From Leptogorgia sarmentosa (taxonomy: Eukaryota), in assembly GCA_964658305.1 (NCBI GenBank), contig OZ210885.1, positions 17,298,001-17,362,000 of the forward strand: DNA of 64,000 nucleotides, given 5' to 3'. Below, in pieces: positions 40,038 to 50,900 of this stretch (position 1 is its first letter; each line of letters opens with the position of its first letter). The translations under genes were made by a program, and so were the position numbers. The notes beneath the pieces are model-generated. The model ran no database searches. It saw nothing but the letters and a program-made list of their open reading frames with translations, and was not told the origin of the DNA.

Positions 40038-40460
40038 CTAGGAGAGAAGAGTCCTGCTGTATTACGAAGTTTTTAGGAGAGAAGAAGATCTGTATTTGGA
40101 AAAATTTGCATTTTCCCCGCAAAAGATTGTAATTTCTCTGCTGCTACTCAACGTGCTCTTAAATTGTTTCTTAAACGTTTCTTTTACTGTAATCGTTTTA
40201 CGTACTGTAATTGTTTTAATGGCTCTTCTACCAAAAGGCATTCAAAACTTGGCAAACAGTATTCTTCAAGCTTTGCTGTAAACAGAAGTCGGTGCTTGTA
40301 GGTAAAAACTTTATTTGTTTGCCCATTCCCTTGTAAGTAACTAAATGTCCCATTTGTCTAATCTGCCATTTGTCTAATAATATTACATTATTAAATATAT
40401 AATACATATTATAATTATAATAATATACAATATGTTAGTAATATGTAATATAATATGTAT

Positions 40461-40925
40461 TGTTATATAGTTGGTGTCAAAGTTCAATTTTCCTGTTTGC
40501 TGATTGGACAAAACCGTATCACGTGCCGGTCCACAAAACGTCATGTTCGCCAACCGGTCAAAAATCAAAAAATTATTGACCGGGCAACAATTAAATGGGC
40601 ACAATGCGCATGCGCGTCATCCGTGAAGTCTAAAGTTCATTCAATCGTACGATGTTTTAAAATTTTTACGATGTTTTGATGGCGTAAGGAGTCCCATTCA
40701 ATGTCTGTTTTTTGGTTTCAAGGTTCACTCCAGTATTAAACCGGTGAATTCATTCACATTTTGACACTAAACTATATAACAAAACACTTATTTACTGAAA
40801 CCTCGAGAAACATTGTGTTTTGTGGCCCCTCGACCGCCATTGTTGCCCTCAGCTTCGCCTCGGGCAACAACGGCGGTCTCGGGGCCACAAAACACAATGT
40901 TTCCCTCGGTATCAGTAAATAAGTG
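40461..40925. mobile_element. Non-autonomous Crypton-like element with an inverted-repeat pair and a long terminal hairpin
   Basis: IR TGTTATATAGTTGGTGTCAAA (40461) / TTTGACACTAAACTATATAACA (to 40781); 141-bp near-palindrome 40785-40925 centred on GCTTCGC. Confidence 0.55.
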
Positions 40926-41949
40926 ATAAATATAATTATAGTTACTCAATACATATAGTTATACATATTGCCATATACATATTGCCTATAATTATACATG
41001 ATAAATAAAAAAAAAAGTAAAAAATATATAACAAAAAATAAACAATTAAAAAGATCATGTGTTCTATTTACGAATAAAATAAGAATAATTATTAAGATAA
41101 TAAAAATAATATATCATATAAATAATATATCATGTGTTATATTAATGTGGAATCAATTCCGTTCTGTGCATCGGTTCTGCTAATAACAAATGCTTAACCC
41201 TGCAGTAGACCTAATACTACCCCTTCCATCCACTTGTTTCTAATTAATCAAAATGCACCTTAGTTTGTAAAGTGAACATGCATTTCGACTAAATGCAAAA
41301 TTTCAACTAAATGTATTCTGTGCATACAGCTGTTGAAATATTCCTAATCTTCCATACATGCCAAATTTGATTTCACTTGTTTCTGACGACGTGGCTGCAC
41401 CATTCAATTATTCCTGAGCACATCTGTGTAGCAACGGTATTTCTTGGCTGTCAGCCATTTGTATTGAGTTTTGCCCTTTTCTGAACTATATGTTCTCTCA
41501 AAACTGAGCATAAAGTTACACCAGTTAGGATTCCATTAACTGTAAAGTAATGCAGTAAATACCATCACTACCCAGAGGTGCTCAGGAATAATGTTGCATA
41601 ATATGTATATTCGAGCAATGCGTGCAGTATATGTCATCACTACCCAAAAGTGATGTTATTGCAATAATTAAAATTGTGACGTAAATACATTAATTAGCAT
41701 CTGTATATGCAATTAGCATATAATTAGGAATAGTATAAAGGAATTATTGAAGGACGTTTTTTTTTAGAACGATAAACGAGAACGGTTTACGGGTATAACA
41801 GAGTGTATAGTTGCATACGTTTTTCTACCGTCGAATGTAAGACGAGTAGGAATTTAAACTATAGAAAACCGATATAAAGCAATTAAACCGAGCAAACGGC
41901 AGTAACAAGTGACCTGGAGTAATTTCATTAATGGTGCAGCCATGTTGTC

Positions 41950-44900
41950 TGCAGAATAAGTTATGTCCAGCGTTTGGTTGACTTAAATTGACATTTAAGC
42001 TGAGGTTTCTTCTTCTGTTTTGTTGTTTCTTTCTTTTTCTGGCTGGCCTAATATTTTGGTCATGTGTTCTCAAGGACGGTTTACGACCTGAAGGTTGGGC
42101 CAGAGATGATTTGATACCAGATCGACGGCGAGATATTGAAGTGGGCTGTACTCTGATTCTCTTATTTGTGTTGTTGAGTATCAGGAGCATTTTGTTATAT
42201 TTTCAGGATTAGTTCCTAACTTTGCACAACGCTTTTGAAATGTTTTATTTTTCGCCTCTTGTTGCTTCTTTGTGAGTTTTTTCCTTCGACATTGACAAAT
42301 ATACCACTTAGGCAAAGTGACTTTGACGCCTCTTCGTTTGTACCCTCTTTGTAAATTGTACTTGATTTTTTATACTGAAGCTAATTCTGACACCCATGTT
42401 TTAACTTGTTCTTCAGATGTCACGTTAGAAATAGTGAAGTGCGCCATGAAAGCTTCCTTTGGTGCACCTGTAAAACATTCTTTATCTTCATAGTAAATAA
42501 GCTTGTACATGTCGCTTGTTGGAAGAAGATTTTTTACGTGGACTGGTAATTCAGATGTATCAATTTTCTTATTTACACTGCTATAGCAGTGATCACTGAT
42601 CGCTTTTTTGAACTATTACAATTCGATGCTGGATTTACGTCGTTGCTACAAACATTGCTGGATTCATCACATTCCAAGGATTTCACTTTCTTTCTGGGTT
42701 GAAAGTCGTCATCAGCATCTGAAAATGCTTCTGATGGATTTAAACGATTACTATTGACACAAGTGCTGTGCTTTAGCGACATGTTCCTTCTTCTTTTTGC
42801 GTTTTTGGAAAGAGCATTGTTGATTCAATTTTCATTTTTGAGATCTAGATGTGGTGGCAACCTCGTACCCAGGGTCTTATGATCTCCGCTCCCGCTGCTC
42901 TCCCGCTACGACAAAGACCCTGGTACAGGCTGGTCACGTGACACCCCAGAATCTGGGGTGTTTTGAATTGAATACTGAGGGAGGGGTGGGTAAGTCTATC
43001 GCATTTTGCAAGTCATGTAAATAAAGCCAAACACTTGCATTCGCGGCTCGCCTTTGACCTGTGACCTGTTCACATGGACAATAGGGAATTTACGATCTTC
43101 ACAACGGACTACTGCTACGGACTACGGATGAATGCTTGTTTTCGTATATTGCTAAGGGAGTTACAGACTATTGTAAACAAACGCTTTGTTTACTTTTTGA
43201 GTTGCTATATTTGTAAAATTTGATTGAACTACTGAATATTTGACACTTTTCGGGTTTACTATGCTCCTAAAACAATATAAACCAGCGTTTCAATTCAAAA
43301 AAGTTTCAAAAAATGCGAAATTTGGACAATGTGGTCCTCATTTGTTATGAGCAGAACCAATGCGCAGAAGCAACTGTAACCTGTCTTTAACAATGAGACA
43401 AATTATTTACATATCCCTGGAGTATACTTTTCACCGTAGTGTCTTGACTACAACATGAAAATCATATTATTGTGTTGTATAAAAGCACGGTGAAACGTAA
43501 CGATAGAACTGGTTACGCAGCGCGTACGTGGTTAAAACCTACAAAACACAAAATACTGATCATTTGGAATGAATTTGTCTGGATATATGTAAATCCAGCT
43601 CAGTGATATAAACAGATGAACAAAAATATTCCAAACGTAGTCGGTAGTCCATCGTCAGGCAAAAGCTACGGGGACTCAACATACAACACAACACTACATC
43701 AACACTAGATCGTAATATAAGCTGTTGATGATAGCGAAGTGCAAACAAGTGTAAAAAACCTGGCATTCACAACCATTTCGCATCTGGGAAAGCTTTGATC
43801 AAATATTCACGGCACGCACATCACAAATGACGGCCACAGTCCACGCTTGAAATGGGCAAACAAAAATTTCACGTTGTACATCCCCCCCCCCCCATGGGAT
43901 GAAACTAATCAGGGTGTCACATGACCAGCCTGTACCAGGGTCTTTGTCGTAGTGGGAGAGCAGCGGGAGCGGACATCATAAGATCCTGGGTACGAGGTTG
44001 GATGTGGTGGTTGTTCTATTTGTAAACTTGGATCTCCATTGCAGATTTCCAAAATTATCGAAAATCTGAAAGTTTGAATATCCTTCTGAGTAAAGTCCAA
44101 CGGAAACCCAAGGCGATATGCTGAGCCCATTTAGCAACAAACACTCCACAGTCAACAGAATTCAGCTGTTGGCTAAGGTCCTGGCAAGGCAAATTGTAGA
44201 AGAGCCATTCCTTCCAGTCGAGTGGGATGCTTTGTGATGCACACTGTTGAGCACACTCCAAAAAGTTCTGCATTCTCTCGAAGCTTTGCTTGGCAGAGGT
44301 GCCTTGATATAGTGAATCAAGATACACCATTATTCTTGATGATGGAAAGATAGCCACTGAACACACATTAATGGTTGCCAAAGTTTACTGCACCCAGAAT
44401 AACATCGCTTGAAAGAATTCCAGCATACAGTGTATGATATTGGTAACTCGTAAATACCTCCATGGAAGACTTCGTCATAGTCTGGAACTAGTCTAGAGCA
44501 GTTTATTGTTTGCACGTTATTAGCAAGCGCTTTGCCTTTTTTTTTCAAGAAGCCACATATAATTGTTGAGCAGAAAATTAGTTAACCACGATCCTGGAAG
44601 AAGGCTAAGAAGATCACTAGAAGTATATCCTTTAAGCTTTAAGTGGGTGGGAGATAATTGGTCTTCGTATGCTTTTAATTTTGGCTTATTAGTCTGACAA
44701 TGGGTGTACACTAATCCTTTCTTACCCTCTTTTGTACGACAAACCCTTGGCGAGCAGGGCGGTATACTGGTTGGCGAGTCCACGTAATAATTTGGTGGAT
44801 AAGACTCAAAGATTCTAAATGAAGCTTGAGCATGAAGAGGAAGCGATACTGGGTCAAGAATATCCAAGTTCTGACTCGTACTTTTTTCGTACATCAAAAT

Positions 44901-45300
44901 GTATGGCTCTTGATTCACTGCTACAAGGGTCGAAATTTTCGAAACTTCTGAGTCGTTAATGTTAAACTATTGACCATTTCGGAGTATGCATGCAGTGTAG
45001 TGACCAGACGTTACGTTACTGCCATGATGTGAGACCACAGACACAAGGTACTAATTCTCCTTGGAAAAAGAACTCTACTTTTTGAACCTTAAGCACCTCT
45101 GGGTATTCCACAAATATCTTAATCTTTGCCACTTGATTTGAAAATCGAACCAGCTGAATGCAAAAAGCATCTGGCACCTCAGAGTACAATACGCTTGTAT
45201 GCATCCGTCTTCTTTTTGCATCTACACGTTTTTCAAGAAAAAAGTTGTAGCTTGAATACTATATTTTTTATATTTAAAATGAAAATGCAATTAGCCTTCC
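41950..45300 (-). pseudogene. Decayed ORF: USP (C19) deubiquitinase C-terminal half, Ulp1/SENP (C48) protease, then putative MULE-type transposase N- and C-termini (core deleted)
   Basis: PDAFCIQLVRF, VVSHHGSNVTSGHY, FNINDSEV, PYILMYEK; DLLSLLPGSWLTNFLLNNY, MVYLDSL, QQLNSVDCGVFV, LDFTQKDIQTFR; then WVSEL...YNLQRGYKRRGVK...WYICQC and IRVQPTSISRRR...NLSLNVNLSQPNA. Confidence 0.65.
42858..44000. mobile_element. Non-autonomous TIR element, 1143 bp, about 90-bp TIRs, 10-bp TSD GATGTGGTGG (AcademH- or MULE-type)
   Basis: CAACCTCGTACCCAGGGTCTTATGA... / ...TCATAAGATCCTGGGTACGAGGTTG; GATGTGGTGG at 42848-42857 and 44001-44010. Confidence 0.9.
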
Positions 45301-45767
45301 TCATGCCACTATTTTGGGGAACTTCCGACTAAATTTTATTTCTTTAACATGATATGGTGAGCGAAACTATCACAATATCTTAAAGTAGTTAAGCACAATA
45401 TATCATGTTCAATCTATTATAAAATAGATTGTATACTACTGTTAATATCGTTGTAGTCAATGTCCTGGACGCTGATTGGCTAAAAAGCTTCAACAACTGT
45501 GTGAATTAAACATTAATTACACCCTACCACGGTTTCGAGCCAGCGAACATTATAAAAACAAATAAATATACGCTTATCAACGCTAAAATTCTTGTTTTTT
45601 TTGTCATTTATTGTCAACTTTGGACAAAAAAGTTTAGTGAATGTGTACTACAATGATATTAATAGGAAATTACACTTGTATAATTGTGTAATTTCCTATA
45701 CAAATTATTCATTTTGCTACAAATTATTCATTTTGCTTTGCAGAGCTTTGAGGCAATCAGTGTAGTA

Positions 45768-46560
45768 GTGGCTTTTTGTGGTCACGGGCTACCCCTAACT
45801 TGGTTATCTTTTCTGTTGCCTATCTCTCAAACTCACAACGACTTTTACCCCTTACACTCTCTACCTCTTCCATCCTGTACGTCAGCCGGCGTGCTGCGTA
45901 CATCCAGGTTTACAAACGCTTGCTCTGCCTCTGTTTGCTGTAGTATAACGAACCGCAATGGACCCTGCTATAATGGAATGCACTATACCCTTCCCACTGA
46001 ACGGCCTTCCCTGCCCCATCTGCAAGAAGTCACAGAAGGACACATCCACCTTCAAAACACATGCTTGTCGAGTTCACAAGTGCGCCAATGTCAAGACACC
46101 AACCACCTGTTCCATCTGCAACTGCAAGTTTGACTCCTTCCGTGCTGGCTCACTGCCATTCATACTCCCGTCAGCACCGGAGGCATGTGCCATTGCCGAG
46201 GAACTCTTCAACAAAATGCTCCACAACACAACGACTGAGGATCCTATGTCAACGCAGGAACTAATCGCAGAATTCCTACAAGCCTCTCCCACCAAACCAT
46301 TCACCCCCATCTCCCCAGTATCCTCAGCTGAACCAACCCCAAGTGCTGATATTGGATGCTCCCCATCCCACCACTCCTCCCCCAAAATTGCCACACCAAT
46401 TCCACTCCACAGTCGCCCTTTCCCCCTCTCACCTGTCAACCCACAAGTTGAAGCCCTTGTCAACTCTATAAGACATCAACCCAGCTGCCACACCACCACC
46501 AGCCCATCCGTATCCAACAACTCCCCTCCACACGTCGACACACCAACAACCCTTTCCTCT
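45768..46560 (+). mobile_element. 5' portion of an R2-group (Utopia-like) retrotransposon with N-terminal zinc fingers
   Basis: ORF from 45958: CPICKKSQKDTSTFKTHACRVH and CSICNCKF followed by a Pro/Ser/Thr-rich linker like that at 23032-23350; preceded by GTGTAGTA (U2 nt 31-38). Confidence 0.55.
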
Positions 46561-47607
46561 GCTCAGAATCAGCTGAATAGATTCTGTTTCTCTTTCCGCC
46601 TTCATTGTCTCTTGCCTTTCTCGGTTCTCCTCCCAAGTCACCAAAATCTGGGTTGAACTCAGCCTTTACTCCTTTTCTGACAAATTCACTGATGTAACGG
46701 ACAGTTGGTACTTCACCTTTCTCTTGAATATCTGCTACAGTGCCTCTCCATTTTTCGATCAAGTTGTCAGGTAAACGTACAATGATTCTTTGCAGGTTTT
46801 CGTTGGCATTGATGTCAGCAGAATATCCAATTCATTTCATTGTCGCCATGCAGTTGATGAGGTCGATGGAGAACTCTCATAACCCTTTCCTATCACTTTG
46901 GCGAATTTTATCTTTACTAGATCATTGATCAACGCTCATGCAATTACACTCAGCTGTCCGAATTGTTCCTTAATTGTTTTTAAGGCGGTGGCATACATTA
47001 TCCCTTTTGATCCCAAACCGGAGATTGCTGTTTCTGCATCGTGGGTAACATGCATCATCAGTTGAATCATTCACGTGTCATCAGTAAGATGAGACTTATC
47101 ATGGATGTGAATCTTAAATCGGTCAATAAAGTCAGCATAACCCAACAGATCTCCCGAGAACTTGCTTAGAACAATGTTACCCATTCATTCAGGCCATTGG
47201 TGGGATTACCTTTCAACCATTCTGCCCCTGACTACCAAAGGTTACTGTTTTTCAGTTTCGAAATAAATACTACTCTAGATCATATGTCCACCGGGTTATC
47301 CTTTCCAGGGCAATGACCCCACTCATGCTTGCCACTTATTTTTAGTGGAATTTCATCAGCGCTATGTTTGAACAAATTGCTTCCGTATCCAACACAGCAT
47401 CGTTTTACTATCTGTCCAGTACCTTATTCCTTCAAAACTATATTCTGTTTCTAGTGCCTTTTTAACCGCATGCATTAGTTGTGCTAAAATTCTAGTCGCC
47501 ATCAATTCTAACCTTGGTATAGTTAACTCCTTAATACGTCCTACCCAAGTCTTACTAGCAATTAACTTGACAAATGCCTTATTATTGACTATCAAAGCAA
47601 GATATAT
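46560..47607 (-). mobile_element. Scrambled BEL/Pao fragments (gag DUF1759-like and Peptidase_A17/RNase H)
   Basis: FSGDLLGYADFIDRF (gag); IYLAL...KLIASKTWV...LTIPRLELMA...WTDSKTMLCWI. Confidence 0.75.
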
Positions 47608-47769
47608 TGTCGTAAAAAGCTTTCGATTAACGACACACAGACCCACGATGGGTACTCTACGGTTTATTTACTCAAAACAATACAATTTTCACTCGTTTTC
47701 CGCCATCTTGTTTTTTCTCCCACGTGTCTTTCTATCCCTCGTTATCCCTCACTTCCACACTATCCCACA
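47608..47769 (-). repeat. 3' LTR of the full-length BEL element
   Basis: Direct repeat of 53231-53392, adjacent to the PPT. Confidence 0.95.
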
Positions 47770-47938
47770 CTCTCCCCCTATTTACTTGGCTTGCCAAAGT
47801 AAATATCTCAACCATATTGTAATTAATCTCAACTGTAAAAGTCACTGCTCAAATCAACAACTGTTCGATAGTTCGACGTTTAACCAACATACATGATATA
47901 CTACAATAACCGTTTTATGATTTCACCTATCTGTTTGG

Positions 47939-50900
47939 CTAATGTTCTTCCTCTACCTGCTCGGCAATGAGTCTAATGTTCTCTCTTGCAACTGTCCCTG
48001 CTCGTCTCTTTGGTCTAAACTCGTCCACTGTTACGTTCAAATTTCCCTGTTTCTTCCGGTCACACGATAACTCCAGCGGGTACAATTGTTGTATTGTCCG
48101 TTCTAGATATGACTTCCCAGCTCGAAGCCGCACCGCTCGCACGACACCGTCTCTGCCTTTTATCAACGTGTCGATGACCCCAATTTTCCATTTCCCGCGA
48201 TTGCGTTCATCTCCCTTAATCAGGACAACGTCACCAGGCTTGGCGCTCATCTCTTTGGCTTGATTCTTCATATTATGCCGCTCTCTCAACGATTTGAGAT
48301 ACTCTGCTGACCACCTCGACCACCACGCGTCTTTACATCGCTGTACGTACTTTGCTCTTTTCCTCAGTGCTACTTCAGCTTCATCATCCCCGTCAAAATC
48401 CGCGGCCTGTGGAATCAGGTTTGGGCGCCCAACAATCAAAGCGTGTGGTGTCAAGATTGGCATTTGAATGTCGTCCTCAACATAGCTCAGCGGTCGGTTG
48501 TTTAACGTCGTTTCAATGTCCAAAAGCACTTCTTCCAGTTCTTGCCAGCTCAGGTTTGCTCTTCCAGTGGTCTTATAGAGGGCTTGTTTCACCAGTCCCA
48601 CCATCCTCTCAAATTGTCCGCCCCACCAGGGGGCCCTGCTTAAATTGAATTGCCAGACGATTTTCAACTTTGCTAGCCAATCGTGTAGTTGTTCGTCCTT
48701 CATAGCTTTCCGTAGCCATTTCGTCGCCGTGACGAAAGTCTTCCCATTATCTGAATAAATCCGCTCTGGACGACCGCGTCTGGCAATAAACCGCTTTAAA
48801 CTTCGAATGCACTCTTCCGTCGTTAAGTTAGGCAGCAACTCTAAGTAGAGCGCTCGCGTCAGGCTGCAGGCATACAGCAAAATATACAACTTCTTCTCCT
48901 GACCTTTCCTTGCACGGTATGTTATCGGTCCAGCATAGTCAATACCGATGACTTGGAATGGCCACGACCCTTCCGTTCTATCTTTTGGTAGGTTTCCAAC
49001 GGGGGGATGAGCAAACGCTGTCGCTTGATGCCGTTTACAACCATAGCAACCCTTGATCACACGTTTCGATAAGCTTCGCAGGCGCGGGATCCAGTAATCC
49101 TTCCTGACTGCAGTCATAACAAGTCCAACTCCCCCGTGCAGAGTCATCTGATGAGTGTCCAACACTAACTTCTCTGTGAATGTTGAGTTGTGGGGTAGGT
49201 ACACCGGGTAGTCGTCTTGAATTCGTCCGCGACATTCGTACAATCCTCGGTCGTTTTTCTGCAGATTTAGTCGCTGTTGGTCTTCCAGGAATTCCTTCGT
49301 TCCTTGACATCGGTTTTGTACCCGCTTTATCCAACTCGCAACTTGCTCTTGCGTTTCCTCAGCCGATAGAGGACCGTTGCTTCTTTCGTGGCGTTTCTTC
49401 TTACCATTGCGTAGGTACCTTGCTACCCAGGCGGTTATTCATATAGCTTTCCAGTAGCTAAACTTTTCCATGATCTCATCGAGCTCGTCTGCTTCTTCGA
49501 CTGCTGTTGCAAGAATGTCTCGCACAATTTTAGCTTCGGATTCACTTTCAGGACTAGGGCTGGTAATGATGTTCTGCGGCCAACTCTCGGGTTTCTGTAA
49601 CCATGAGGGTCCGTTCCACCAAAGTTTCGATAATTGATCAATAGAACCTCCACGACTTCCCACATCTGCAGGGTTTTCGGCTGTCGGGACATGTCTCCAC
49701 TGGATATACTGCTTCTCTTGGATCTTGCTCACTCGATTTCTCACAAACTGTTTGTATTCTCCCTTCCCGCTTATCCAGTGGAGAGCTACAGTGCTGTCGA
49801 GCCACCCATACACATTACTCACTGAAAACCCTGTCAACACTTCTTTCACGTTATGTATCAGATTGCAACTCATATGTGCTGACACCAGCTCTTGTCTAGG
49901 AATGGTCAAGCCTTGCTTCGCGAGACGGGACTTTGATGTTATGAGACCTTGGCTAGTACCACTTGGTTGACGTATCACTGCGTATACTACTGTCGAAACC
50001 CCTTTGCCACTTGCATCCCCAAAGGCATGGAGTTGGATTTCTTTGATCTCCTCGCGATTCTTGACAAGACTTCTTGGTACTGTCACATGGTCAGGTAGGG
50101 ATTCCTCCCAGCTCAACCATTGATTCAGAAGAGGGTGAGGTATTTGCTTGTCCCATGACTTTTGAATGGTGCATACGTCTCGGTAAAGTAATTTTCCGTT
50201 AAGCGTGATTGGCGATGGTAGCCCAAGTGGATCGTAGATTCTTGCAAGAGTTCCTAAGAGTCCTCTCTTCGTCGGCTCGGCTTTCGATTGTGAGACTTTG
50301 ACTGCGATGGTATCCTCCGTTTTCGTCCATGGTAAGCCTAGTAGTTTCGTTTCAGCTTGCTTCGTTCCGAGTTGTTCTTTCGCATAACTTTGCTCTTGGT
50401 CAAGGGAGGGTTTGTTGGCTTTCTCGAGGTTAGGATCATTGGAATGCCATTTGTGAAGTTCAAAATTTGCTTCTCCAAAAATGGTTTGAGCCGTTTCTTT
50501 TAGATGCAGTGCCTTGGTTGAGGTCTCTCCTCCGCCAATGAGGTCATCCACGTAAAGGTTTCGTTTGATTTCTTCTACTTCGGCTGGAAATCTCCTCTGA
50601 CAGAGCTGCAGATGTTGTTCTACCACTCCCCCCAAAAGAAAAGGGGATGGCGCAAGGCCAAACAGGGCCCGTGTGAATCTTAGCGTTTGCACTTTCTTTG
50701 TTTCCAAATCTTCATACCAGTGGAACCTCATTGCATCTCGATCTTCTGCTTTTATCCATATCTGTAAGAATGCTTGCTTCAGGTCACCCGCGATAGCCAC
50801 AGGATAGAAGCGATTCCTGACCAGCACACTCCAAAGTAAGTTCTGCAAGGATGGACCAGTTTCTAAACATTCGTTCAATGAGGGTGCCTTTTCATTCTCT

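Noticed and set aside
40383..41183. Short Ile/Lys/Asn-rich ORFs
   Set aside because: Products of AT-rich low-complexity DNA with no domain signal.
47567..47896. ORFs sharing RFIYSKQYNFHSF (also 53271-53462)
   Set aside because: Antisense translations of the two LTRs.
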